From Tubiluchus corallicola (Eukaryota > Animalia > Priapulida): a stretch of DNA of 64,000 nt. Location of the stretch: NCBI GenBank assembly GCA_030141605.1, contig JAQGDQ010000273.1, positions 186,001 to 250,000 on the forward strand, read 5' to 3'. This document shows positions 12,018 through 24,442 of this stretch, in pieces (positions within the stretch are counted from its first letter, which is position 1; every line of letters starts with the position of its first letter). The notes beneath the pieces are model-generated. The model was not told where the DNA came from, made no database searches, and saw only the letters and a program-made list of their open reading frames with translations. The position numbers were made by a program, and so were the translations under genes.

Positions 12018-12535
12018 TTAAAGGAAGACAGGATGATTTTTCAAGTCGGATAAAAAGTATACATTTTAATACAATTAATACTGCAAAAGCGTTTCCGCTA
12101 ATTAAATAATAGACTAAAAACTTAACTAACGGCGGGAAAGCCCAACTACTGATGACATTGCAAACTAACATAATTTTTAAGAACAAAAACATTCCATGAC
12201 TGTGTTGCACATGTTTGTGAAAGCAGCGAAAATTGAAGTACAGTGCTACTGTAAGATAATCAATCTGTTGCACTAAAACTAGGCAAGTTTTAAGATAAAA
12301 ATTCAAAGTCGAATGTGTGTAGATCATCAAAACTAACACGTTTGAACTGAGAGGTACAGCACCTGTTTTTTGTGCAATGCACTTTCGAAATGCAGGCGCT
12401 GGTGCCCGTCTAACTAGCGAATGACGAAATGCATGTAACAACGAAGAACTCGTGGCGCGAAAGCGAAATTGTATTTGTGTGGTAACAATTATTTTGCGCA
12501 AATCATTTTTGAAAAAATAGCATGTTTCCTTTCAA
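12018..12535. mobile_element. Kolobok-like MITE (TTAA target), decayed right end
   Basis: Left end TTAA-aggaagacaggatgatttttc; right end gaaaaaatagcatgtttcct-ttca. The terminus resembles that of the 31.7-kb element and the length is similar (~0.5 kb). Confidence 0.45.
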
Positions 12536-12572
12536 TATTTTACAGAGTAGATTGTTTGACCTACAGTTTAAG

Positions 12573-12702
12573 ATTCAATTCAATTCAATTCAAAGGTTTT
12601 ATTCATCTCTAATATAATATTTATAGTGCAAATACAACAAATTGTGTAAAGTGTGTAGAGAGAGATGGGGTGGCGAAAACCAGATTGGGTCGGGCTTTGC
12701 TT
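12573..12702 (-). mobile_element. 3' tail of a CR1/L2-type LINE
   Basis: Minus strand: GC-rich stem-loop-like aagcccgacccaatctggttttcgccacccc, then AATAAA, then a (TTGAA)4 microsatellite tail. Confidence 0.5.
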
Positions 12703-13065
12703 TAAAAGTAAGGTAAATGCCAACATTCAAATTCCTGCCTCTCACAAACTCCTTACGGTGGCAAAATTGTTGTTTGTTGATTATGCTAAATGTCAATTAT
12801 GCTTGTTTATGCTTATTGATTATGCTTGTCAATAGAAACTGCTTATATTTGTGTTAGCTGGAGCACACATAAGAATATCTTTGTGCCTCTGCATCACACA
12901 CTGTCCAACTCCTCCTAAGGTTTACATCTTGAGTCAATCGTGAGAAAGTCAATCTTGAGAAAGGAAATGGTGCAAAAGGTAGCATAGAGATGACTGATAC
13001 ATACTACATTTCCGACGCAAAATATACTTTATTTCAAAGCCCTCAAATTACTACTCCATGTTTAC

Positions 13066-13321
13066 CTGGATATGTACTAGGCGTTGTAGGTACAACAATA
13101 AAATCTGTGGTAGTGAGCCATCCACTACCCTCCGGGTGCTCACCACTCCCTGAACCCACCCACAGATCCTCGTCATCTGTGGGAAATCCGGGGCGCACTA
13201 AAGGGCCCTCAGGCTTTTCTCCGCCTCCGGGAGCCGTAATGGGCACCGGTCCTTGGTCATCCTTTTCATTTTGAAATGTCCAATCGAAATCTGGAGCTTC
13301 TGGCGCGGGGGCAGGAGTTAA
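13066..13321 (-). CDS. HSPG2: Perlecan-like gene, domain I exon (Pro-rich/acidic segment with Ser-Gly GAG-attachment cluster); phase 0 to 1
   Basis: Acceptor ttttcag|TTA ACT, donor CCA G|gtaaac, 256 nt. Peptide LTPAPAPEAPDFDWTFQNEKDD...PTDDEDLWVGSGSGEHPEGSGWLTTT...STYP resembles the DDED...SG-SG-SG stretch preceding the SEA module of vertebrate perlecan. Frame joins the next exon. Confidence 0.85.
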
Positions 13322-14520
13322 CTGAAAAATAACAACATAATTATTGTAATCGCGTGTTTTCAGCAATTCAATTTCAATGGGTAGATTGTTATCATATGCG
13401 AAAAAACAAAGAAAAGAGTCACATCACTGGCATCGGAACAGCGTGCCAATACACCATGTCAATGACATAGTATGCAATTACCAACAAAATTTTCTGTGAT
13501 CGCATATGCTTTGGAGGGATCATTAAGCCTAAAGATACGACTCATCTGCACTTCTATTAAATATGACGTATCGATCAAGCTACATTTAATAGAAAAGCGA
13601 TACCTCACCCATACAGTAACAAATTATGTCAAGTCAGTAAAAAAGGTTAATTTGGCGAAAAGCGTGCGCAATTTTGTGACAGAATCTTAGGTGAAGCCAC
13701 AGAAAGCAGCAACGAAGACATTGTTAGCACTCACTCTGTCCTTACCAACCGGTTAGACTCTAGACTAAAAGAAAGCTACTCCACACTGTTTAACAACGTA
13801 CACGATTGATAAATAATGCAAACACTGTGGGCTATTATGAACAAGCACGTGCCATAGAAGAATGTGAAGGATGATGTTAATTAAGCTTCGATTCATGAAG
13901 AGATGCTAACAGCATCCGTCGAAACGGTATGCAAGCGCAGCTTCTCGTTACTAGTAAGTGGCATTAACCGGTCATTCATCGTAGTCTGACTTGTTACAAA
14001 AAAACCCAACAGTTTTCAGCATTCAGCAAGTAACTAAAGAAATATTGAATGACAATAGTTCACAGGACTCAGGCGCACATTGGGTCAGAAACTAGCTGAC
14101 GAGCAGTGACATTCTCAGTGAGACATTTTACATCAGATTAGATTGCTTTTACTTCAGCATAAAAGTCATATAATAAACCAAAAACATTTACATCGCACAA
14201 TAAAAGCTAACTATAAAATATAACAGTACACAGTACATGCAGTAAGAAAAAACCTTGATGGCTTTCACGATGAATTTACAAAATGGCTGCGCATGCAGCT
14301 GCTCCACAGCTTAAAAAAATCAAGACTGAACACCTAATGCAAAATTGGCATATATTAGCAGGCCTTTATGCTGATTGTCTCTGATAGCTATTTTCTAACG
14401 CTAGATCTGATTTTTCTACATTTGACTGCCAGCACTAAAAACTGAGACATACATTTAATTACTATAAATATTTGTTATATAGAGAGAAACGTTCACAACC
14501 GAATTCATTATACAAAACAC

Positions 14521-14613
<93 letters not shown>
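14521..14613. repeat. Perfect (AAT)31 microsatellite, the SINE tail
   Basis: 93 nt of uninterrupted AAT. Confidence 0.99.
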
Positions 14614-14833
14614 CTTTATTTCATTCAAAGTTATTATCGCCGACTGTAATAACAAACTACAACTACGTAACAGAGACCATTATTGCCCCAGTTTTATCCT
14701 AAATACCACGAGCCAGGCAGGCCAACAGCAGGTACCATTTTTAAAGCCTTTGGCATGATCCGGCCGCTGTGTCGAACTCACGGCCTCCCAGACGAAAAGC
14801 GGACGCGTTACCACTTGACTAAACCGTCTGGTC
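14521..14833 (-). mobile_element. tRNA-derived SINE with Meta core domain (MetaSINE-like) and (ATT)n tail
   Basis: Minus strand: A box TAGTCAAGTGG, B box GTTCGACAC, then GGATCATGCCAAAGGCTTTAAAAATGGTACCTGCTGTTGGCCTGCCTGGC (matches the Meta domain consensus as I recall it), AATAAA and an (ATT)31 tail. Confidence 0.8.
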
Positions 14834-17402
14834 GAATGCAAACGGCTTCGACCTTGCAAACGGAATACAACCTTAGCAAAATGAAATCTTAAGGACACGA
14901 GATCCCCAACCATAACTCTACCCATTTGTTAAACACCCATAACAACAACTTAGGTTCGACATCAATACCTCTGAAATTAGCCATTCAAGCTCCTAAACAA
15001 ATGCAAAAGGAAAACCTGCATCTCAGCGAATGAAGAGAAGAAACCAAGAAACCATTCCAGTTTATTCAGCAGTTCAACTTTCTGCTAGAAAACCTAGAAT
15101 GCTAAATGGAGTCTTTTACCGTTTGGAAATATCTATTCCCTAATGTTTAGTCACTGCGATCAGCGGTAAGATTCTTACTCCTATAAATTCAATTGAATTT
15201 TAACACGCACACCTTTAGGATGTAATAAAACGCTCATGTCGTAAATCAAAACAGGCCATAAAAGTGTTACTAAATCAGCTGAAGTGATGATTTCAGAATA
15301 CAGATGTATTGTATATATGGGAAACGATTTAAATTTAGCCGTACAGGAAATGTTCAAAAACGAAAAAGTGGCATTCACTGTACAGCAATTCTAGTGTTGC
15401 AGAGGCAGATTTTTTTGGCTCTGTGAAAATATATTGAATTTAATTGAGTTCTCAACAATGTACAATAAATTCATCGAGTTTATCAATTTTATGTAGGATA
15501 ACTACAACACGGTACACAGGTTTTGAGTTTAGGTCAGAAAATAAAAACTAGTGCCTTTTTAATGAACAATTCTATTATCAACGGTTTCATTTGAACTTAT
15601 TAAAAATAACAACCATTAAGATTGCCAGTTAAGCTCTTAATTTTGTAAAATAAAACTGGCGTTTTATATTAGTTTTGCCATAGCAACTAAAAAAATAAAA
15701 CAGCTAGTACAATAACGAAAATAACAACAGCCACATGGCGAAGCAGACTTCTTTACAGATTATTTTGCTAACTACACAAATATTCTGCCACATATTGTAA
15801 ATTTGTCCTTGTAATTTTTCATTTTCACTTTAAATAAATAAATAACCCAAAGAAGTATTCAATAATGAATCATTAAAAAAATTAAATACCAAGTGGCATT
15901 AGTATTGTGCTACAATACAGGCTTGTAAGAGACTTGAATTATTTAATAAAATATAAGTTTACTTAATTCGTTGACAAAGCAATTCGAGTACATAACAAAT
16001 ACAAGCTTACAAGCATGTATACAAGTTAGCTTATGTACATTTTCAGCTTTTTTCTCTGTATCCTTATGTATAGACGGCTAAGTAACACTTCTTGTAACAG
16101 CGAAATCCTAAAACCTTGAGTTCACTATTCCACAGGAGGTCCATTTCATGAAAATCTCGAGCTGCTTATTATAGCCATTATTCAAAGACTTTTAGAGTTC
16201 ATATACTAACTGCAATTATAGCATGTTTTAACACTGGATTTAATCAGCATTCAGCGCTCAGCGGTATAGCTAGCCAATAATAATGCAGATGTATGTAGGT
16301 CTAGCTAAAAATAATTCCGTAGTTATTAGCTTATTTTTCACTCTATATATGCGTTCTTTTGAAAACAGCGGGTTATAAAGTTGCAGTGGAAATTCAAAAT
16401 GGGCGAAGTTTCATAAACCAAGAATATTAAAGTTACATGAATAGGTCGCCCGATCTAAGGTATCCAATATTGTGATTATAAAATTTTTGCTGAAAGAGTT
16501 TGGTCTGTTTACTTTGCAGTAGCAGGGAAACGCATAGTAATGCGTATAGAACCCTGATAGACAGTGCAAACCATGTGGGGAATATTGAAAAACTGCTTTG
16601 ACAAGATGCAGACAAAACTTGTAAACCGTACTGCATGCAATTGGCTTTCGTTTCCGTGAGTTCTGGCAAATTGTGTCTGCGGGGAGATTTTTCAAAGGGA
16701 CGTGAGACCTGAAACCGTCGACAGGCGCGCTGTTCATCTTATTTCAACAGACAAACAAACAGCTGATCAGCCGTGGTTTTATTAGAAAAAAGTAACAGAA
16801 ATGTCAACGAATTTATGCACGCGTTTCTCCCAGCCACAAATCCGCGTATTCAAAACATGAAACTGAAGTCTGGCAAAGCGGTTTTTGATCGACGCCTGTT
16901 ACTCAAGGCAAACGCACGTATGGTAAATCTAACTACGTAGTTCAGCATGAGCGAATAATAAGTCTCTAGAATAATAACCTATTATATAGCTACTACTTTA
17001 ACATGTATGCATGCTAACGATTATAATTAAAACAAATATTTTAGCCTGTGTGTGTGCGATACATTTCAGTTAGCTAATAAATTTTTGAAACTTGAATACT
17101 ATCAAGCTTGTGTCAAATTTACATCAGGACTGTGTTAATGGAGACAGCTTCCTTCTCCCACTATTTTCAAGGCAGAAAGAGAAGAAAACATGCCCCGTTT
17201 GTCTGTCGTAATTCTGGAAAGAGAATTTCTCTGCACCACTCTCGGCGCCCCTAGTTTTATTACCAGGCCGAAAGCCACAAATTTTCGCCTTCAGGAAGCA
17301 TGAGTCATACTGAATAGACAAAATAACAGATTATAAATTTTACTAACTTGTCAAGTATACATCACTGGCACTCAGAAGACTCAGAGGTTAACAGATATTT
17401 AC

Positions 17403-17462
17403 AGTGCAAGATAAAACAGGCTGTGCCAAGGAGACGATTCCAAGTACGGCCGTACCGATCAT
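17403..17462 (-). CDS. Candidate first coding (signal peptide) exon of the perlecan-like gene
   Basis: accATG context, MIGTAVLGIVSLAQPVLSCT, then phase-0 donor ACT|gtaaat compatible with the phase-0 acceptor at 13321. A pyrimidine-rich acceptor (tctttggtgtcttttatag|) lies upstream at 17521. The hydrophobic core is short. Confidence 0.3.
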
Positions 17463-19504
17463 GGTTTAATCAATTAACTAGGTCCCTCACATTAAGAGTG
17501 GAGCATCGGAATTAACTGTCGCTATAAAAGACACCAAAGACTATCTATGTCTGTTTTTCTCTCTGAATGTATGTAAAGATAAATGGACGACAGAAAACGT
17601 AAAATGCAGTAAAGACCGTATGAAGAAGCAGCTATAGGAACGAGGCATTAAAACTCTGAAGTACTAATCGCACGAACAAATTCGTTTTAAATGTGTCAGC
17701 TTGTAAATGGCATACTACTAACTGATAATAATTTTTAATAATGTACATTGCTTCTATTTTATTTTATACCTGTTTTTATTTATTGTTCTTGTTACTACTG
17801 TTGTTAGAAGGAATTTGTTTGAAGTTTCTTGGATTATCAACAGTTACTGCAGCTATTCGTCATTTTTCTGATAATCAATAAAAACACTAGTGTGGTCTAC
17901 TACTGAGAAAAATGCGCCAAACCAACCACACCATCCCCTTGAAACAAAAGTCCAAGAAGAGAGTACTAGCGTGTGGGAATGGCATGACAGCCAATGCACT
18001 TTCATTCAAAGCCAACAGATTGAGTAAATTAAATCGTCTTTGCCGCGTTAACCCATTAAGGAACAAGATGAAGACAAAGTAAGACTGCCAAATCTAATAT
18101 TTATGCACCGCTTCAGCCATTATGTATATACCGAATTCACTAAATTCATCACTGATAAGAGTGACGAACGACGTACCGCAAGAACAAGACAATTCATCTG
18201 GGGGTGAAATGCTACTATGCTACGCAAAACTTCAATATCCATAATACACAGCTGCATTCATTCCCTGAAGATCACTGAGAAAATCTCTGCACAAAAAAAG
18301 AACCTTTGTCAGTACGTCAGATTTTCTCAGACGTGTGCAGTATGACGGATTTCTAAATGATTAAAAAGTGGAGCGCATGAAAATTTTGACAGCAGAGTTC
18401 GGTATAATGTGTAACTGATCGCTCCCGCGAATTACAGAAGCACGCGAATGAAGCCATGCATGAAAATTTTTGACAGTGGGACTTGGGAAGGGATCGAGCT
18501 GTTATGCATTTCAGTACGTGTCCTGCCATGAAAAGAACTAAAAGAAGTATTTTCAAAAGTTCGACGTCCTGTATGCGACAGTGTTTTTTTCTACTCATAC
18601 AGCGAAGTGTGAGAATTTAAGCAGCCACTTCATTGGGACTTGCGCGTCGCTCCATTCCTTTATGTATTCATAATTCAGTTACATAATTTTATAAAAAAAT
18701 CTACACTAATAACAAAGTGTATTTTTACAAGTGGCGTAACTTGAACGTAATAAGGGAAGTAAATCAACTAAAAACCGTTTGGCATAATTATCAATCATTG
18801 ATCATTCAAAATTTCGACTTTTATCAAATCTTCAACTGATAACACCTTAAAGAGCACAGGTCCTAAATAGGGGTGTTACGCCTCTAATATATGCACTCCT
18901 TAGTTACACCTCAAGCTGTAAACAGTGTCTAGTTTCTAATTAGACAGGTCATGTAATTATAAGTCTAATCATTTTGTTTGTTATACCAATTTTTTACTCC
19001 TTGTTTTGGTTGCATACACAACCCAGCCAAACGTCGTACTGAGAAAACTGCTCAAGTCAAAAAAACAATTAAGTTGAAACCGGGAAATAATGACGTCTGA
19101 ATACAAATTGAACCACTCTGCTAATGCACAGCGAAGTCTGTTTGCGAAATTCTGGCATTCAGTCATAATAAACAATGAAGATTGAAGAATAAGCAACCCA
19201 CTCGACTGCTGTACAAGAGCGACTGAATTTTTGTGAATTTTGCAGCCCCTGCATACTCGAGTTACACTGTAGGAAAGTGGTTTCTTTAGCGTTTGAAAAC
19301 AATGCCAGTCGTTCTAAATGAACCTAGTTTAACGAAAACTGCAAAACAGGCAAATTGAAAAATACGTACGCGGCAGCGCGTTCACCTGACAGTGGCGGAA
19401 AAACACCAGAATGTCACATGGCAAAGAAAACTAATTTCTTTACATACATGCTGTGGCTACTTATAAAAAACATATAGTCATATATAAAGACAAAAAGTGT
19501 GAAA

Positions 19505-19617
19505 AAGTTGGAATACAGCATGGATTTGAACCAGGGAACGCCTACGTACAAAGCAGATGCCTTACACCACCAAATAAGCAGAAGTCCATGGTTCAAATCC
19601 AGACTGTATTCTAGCTT
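19505..19617. repeat. Imperfect inverted repeat built from two divergent tRNA-like B-box fragments (SINE relic)
   Basis: Arms aagttggaatacagcatggatttgaaccagggaa / gtccatggttcaaatccagactgtattctagctt, each carrying GGTTCAAATCC. The minus arm extends into a tRNA-like head. Confidence 0.75.
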
Positions 19618-22600
19618 TAGACATTTCAGATCCATCTTTCAAGTTTTCTGTCAAAATTTAATTTATTGTGAGTTTGTACAATACTACTAATCATTAATAC
19701 TAATCCTGACATTAAGAAAATATTAATAATAATTATCATATATGTTATATATAGAAAAAAGTGATATCCACAAGGCGTTACTAAAATAAATAAGCATTTT
19801 AATAAGATTAACGTTTCATTTAAACGCTACGACATGTCGGTTCAAAGAAACTTACGTAAATCTTTCAGAATATGATAAGAAAGCAATTTCGCTTGATTTT
19901 AAATCATTTCATACGAGCCAGATTGTAAAATTCCATAGGGAAGCATCGTTTCAAACGCTGCCTGTTCAGAATCTGTCCAATAACTTCAATATCTCAATTC
20001 GCGTTGACACCCGGCCACAAAGATATCGATTTCCAGTTCATATCATCTCACAAAGCATATTTACTCGCAGAATTGATTTCAAATCGCTGTCCAATATTAT
20101 AGTACGTCTGTTCCAAGGTTTCAATCCCGATTTATTAATCATATGCAAGCAAACTATTTCAATCAGAGCCGAGTAACTATGATTACGAATGTCTTATAAT
20201 ATGATGCCCTAATTTAAGGCTCTAACAAAAATCTATAACATCGTATATAAAAAAGAAAATTATTTTTGTAACCATCCAATTTTTTTACACAAAATAGCCA
20301 AATGGTAATTGTGATACAAGGCTCAGCTTTTTGCACCAAGTATGTATCAGCAGTGCCAGAGAACTACAGAAACAAGAATTTACTATGCATATTGTATGAG
20401 TGACTACAGGCCTCAAAAACGTTTAGGAACCCTTGATATATTAAACTGCGTCTTGATATTGAAACTCATAAAAAATCTCGTCACAACAAAGAAGTGTGTA
20501 TTACTGTCAACTTTTCTCATTATCTTCCTTGTGCATTCTGCAAAGTTCGGCCAAGAGAAAAAAAAGTTAAGTCCAGTTGTTCTCTCTTAGGTCAGTGTTG
20601 CGTAACTTGAAAACGCCTTCCAACTTCCCAAACTACACCTAATACAACTGAAAGTATCATTCATAGTACTCGACTCTTGTTTAGGGTCCTAAAAAGCAGG
20701 GGTGGAGCTGTGCCAAATTACCACACAGTGTAATTAAGTTGGGTGAACATTGCTCTTGGCACAAAGCAAGAAAATAATTATGCAAATGATGGGGTGTAAT
20801 TTGTTGTGAGAATTACTACAAGTCCTCTTGATCACAGGTCATTAGCAAACCAAGCCGGTTATTATTATAATGTAGAAAGTGCCCGAGTCTGGACTGCACA
20901 TGTCACTGCATGTTCTCTATATGTGAGACTACAGAGACATTAAAATTTTGATACACAAGTCTTGTAATAAATAAGATATAACAGGTAAAAAAACTTTTAA
21001 GATCAACCTCAGGACAATGTACAGAACGACAGCAGAAATCCCTAATTTAAATATGTGTTAAATAACTTAGATTTTAAACAACATTGATTAACAGTCTTTC
21101 CCGAAATCTTACGAATTTTAGTTCTAAGTCGGGGATGTTAGGTTTGCTTGGATTATGATCTGCTTGCATTGTACACAGCTCAGTTCCTCTCCTTTAAAGC
21201 ACAAGAAAAAACCCCACTTACATAAAGCTTAAAAAATTCTCTTGAAGTTTCATACCGCTTACATACTGCCTTTTTGCACACAGGGCTTGCGTCGGCAGCA
21301 ACGCTGTATAAAACTTGTAAATTTAAATTCCCGCGATGACCGTTAGGCGCAGTTATTTTAATGGTAGGTCGTTTGAAACAAGTTTACATAACATTGTGCA
21401 AAGTTTGAAAGAATAATCACAGCATGCGTAGCACACATGTTACTAACTAAGTAAAATTTTAAATTACTGTATCTTGTCAATAAGATTAAAACTACATTTT
21501 TGGTTAGTGAGTGGCGCACCCTGGAGGGTGGGCCAGAGACATTTTACCAATTAGCATAAACATTTTAAATTATTATTTCTAGTTACATAAGTCTTTCCAG
21601 CAGGTAAGCGAAATGGTAAGTAATATAGATTTGCATGGAAAGTTTTTTGGGACATAATTTAACATTGCCTTTTCTTCACCTGATTTACAAAGGTGACGTC
21701 ATGTAATAGCGACTTCCGAACAGTATTGCGGGAGATTTAAAATGAAAACAAACAAAAATTCCTTTGAAAGCGACCACGATATATGTATAAAAATGCTGTA
21801 AAGTAATATAATTTTTTAAGGCAATTTTTCTGAAACCTACTTTAGGTGCCCCTTTTCTTATTCTTTAATGCATTGCAAGACCCAGGAATTGCTTTTTATT
21901 AAAATTATGGCGTCCATGATGTATATAAATGGTTATTTATTTTATCTTTTCCAGGTACATTGTAACCTCAACCTCCTCAATAGGATCAGCTTGACGGTTT
22001 CTCAAGGGCCAATTAAGGCTCACACATCATCTCATCATGTCGGAGAAAAGAAAATCTAACGGCTCAAAACCGTCCAACTGATTCACGCAGCACTAAATTC
22101 GCAAAACTCATTAAAATCAGAGGATGAAACTGCTGCTCATTGAGTCATCAAATTGTTTACGAGTCGCTTGCACAATTTCTACCAAATGGTTTTCAGCTTA
22201 GAACTTAATTCCAGAAAATAACGGCTATTAATGCGCGTTTTGAACACTAGGATTTTAATGACTTAACATCACTTCCTGCAATGCTTTGCAAGTTGGTAAC
22301 ATACACAAAAACAAATGCCAAATATAATTTTCCCGCGTACACTATTTAAAATAATTTAAGAATCCTATTTTGTATTACGCAACACAACTGTTTTCACATC
22401 TCTAAGTGTCGCTGTAGCTACTATCTGCATAAAATACTCATGCACATTATTATCATTATACTTAAATTCATTAATAGCCAACAAGAAACACTTTCAATAC
22501 AATTATACTCTAGACTCTCTAGAGCGTACAATCTAATAAAATTTTGTCATCAGCAAAGCATTTATCACAAAAATAGCAATGTACCAATCAGATTCAGGAC

Positions 22601-24442
22601 AATAAATATACTGATTATGCATTATTAAAGCAAAGGTCAAGCCTTCTGGGAAGTTAGGGGCTTATTTCAATTTTTGCGAAAAATGCTAGAAGGGTTTAGT
22701 AATAAAGATGTGGCAAGTGCCTCGTGTTATTAGTAAAATCACTTTAAAGTGACGATCATTTCACGCTTGGGCGCTTCCATTTTAAACGCCCATTCTTCCA
22801 CCAGTGGCGTCGTTCGTCGACTTAAGAAAAACAGTGCACTGTCAATTTCCGTCAAAAGTATAGTAACTTTTTATAAAAAAATTGAATAGCTAATTTTGTG
22901 ACATTTTTGTATGAGCATTAAGCAAGCTGCAGAAGTTTGAATTAATTTAAGCAGCATGCGCTTACGGAAAGCCACGATGCGCTTACGAAACGTTACGAAG
23001 TCCACTAATCACGTCATTATTTCAAGTTAATGGCGACTACTACCGCACCAAAAAATTTCAATTCGGCTGTAATATAAATTAACTTTATGCTTTATACAGT
23101 TTTTTGCAAATTTCGTTGTTATATTTTTCTAAGTTTAACTGATAATAGTAAAACAAATCTAGCATGCTAAGTGATTTTTCCACTCTTTTAAGTTGGTGTC
23201 TTCCCGTACAATTATATTAAAATAAACCAAAGCGGCAAATCAATGCAATTAACTTTCATTGCCACATCTCAAGTACTTTTCTTAGAGGTGACCTAAACAC
23301 TTACTTAGCTACTAATACAATACTACGAAATGTCGACAAAAAACTAGAAACGTTGTCTTTTGGCTGGAAAAAAAAGAAATTGGAATATTTGAGGATAATC
23401 CAGGCACAAAAGAAAAGAGGAAAAAATAACGCAGTTTGTCGACCAGTTTATAGATTTTACGAACTTGTATCAGTCAAAAATTTGTGTTATGCAAAAGAGA
23501 ATCTTGGAGAAATCTACAGAAGAACAAGAGCAGTTGGGCGATTTTATCAATACTCTGAATCTCTGACGGTTATTCTCCGTTAAAACAAACCAACAAAATG
23601 CAATCAGTGCGCGTGGGAAGAACGCAATTGATTAGCACAGAAAACTATGCAGCAGGATAATTAAACTGCCTGATTCACTTCAGTATCTCATTTCAATGCA
23701 ATCACTTGCAGTTTTTTCACAAAATATGATTTGATCGCGAATCAGGCGAGCAGTGATATCAGAAAGTGGGAGAAAACTTTTGGAAGCTAATTTCAACAAA
23801 AATGCAGGCTATTGTCTATAGTTGCATTTAGTGCTGAAACAGCGTGGATAGAATAACTCATTAATAAATGGTGGTGATCGATAGATGTCAATGTATTTGA
23901 CGACCATAAAATTAAGATTTACAACTTCAGTTAGAGTGAGTTTGTAAATATGAAATTATGAATCATATTTATTTATACGTGATCAAGCAGCCATTGGCAT
24001 ATGATCATATTAAAACATCATAGTTATCACTTATGATTCCTTTCCATGTGGTGTTTTCATGAAATAGACATTAAGACTTTAAGCACTAAGCAGGCTCATT
24101 GATATCACTTAAATAGCTACCTACATCAAACACGAGAATGTAACTTAGTAAATACGATGGTAGAATTTTGAAACTTGTAAGAGTTGAATCAAATAATTTT
24201 TGCTATTCCCTGCAAGCCTTTTCTTAATTTGATAACACGCACATTCAGACTACTAGTGACATATGAATGTATAACAACAGAGAAGATAATTCGTATACTT
24301 TGCTGGTCTATACATATTTGTGGCCAGCAGCAAACCCAACAGAAAAACAATTATTTAGACGCAGCCGTAGAGCTTGAGCTATGGAGCAGCTGAGATTTCC
24401 AACAAGTACAACTAAGTAAATTAAACTGATGAGATCGGTTAC

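Noticed and set aside
11953-12501. Longest ORF in the track (182 aa)
   Set aside because: Lies within a MITE, non-ATG start, no domain similarity
14455-14655. Poly-isoleucine ORF
   Set aside because: It is the (ATT)31 SINE tail read in frame
14760-14833. tRNA gene
   Set aside because: No proper acceptor stem or terminator; it continues into the SINE core and tail
18353-18598. ORF with signal-peptide-like start (MSRKKH...ILLLVLFMAG) as first perlecan exon
   Set aside because: No good donor after the hydrophobic stretch, and it overlaps a repeated catgaaaattttgacag motif suggestive of a repeat. Not fully excluded.
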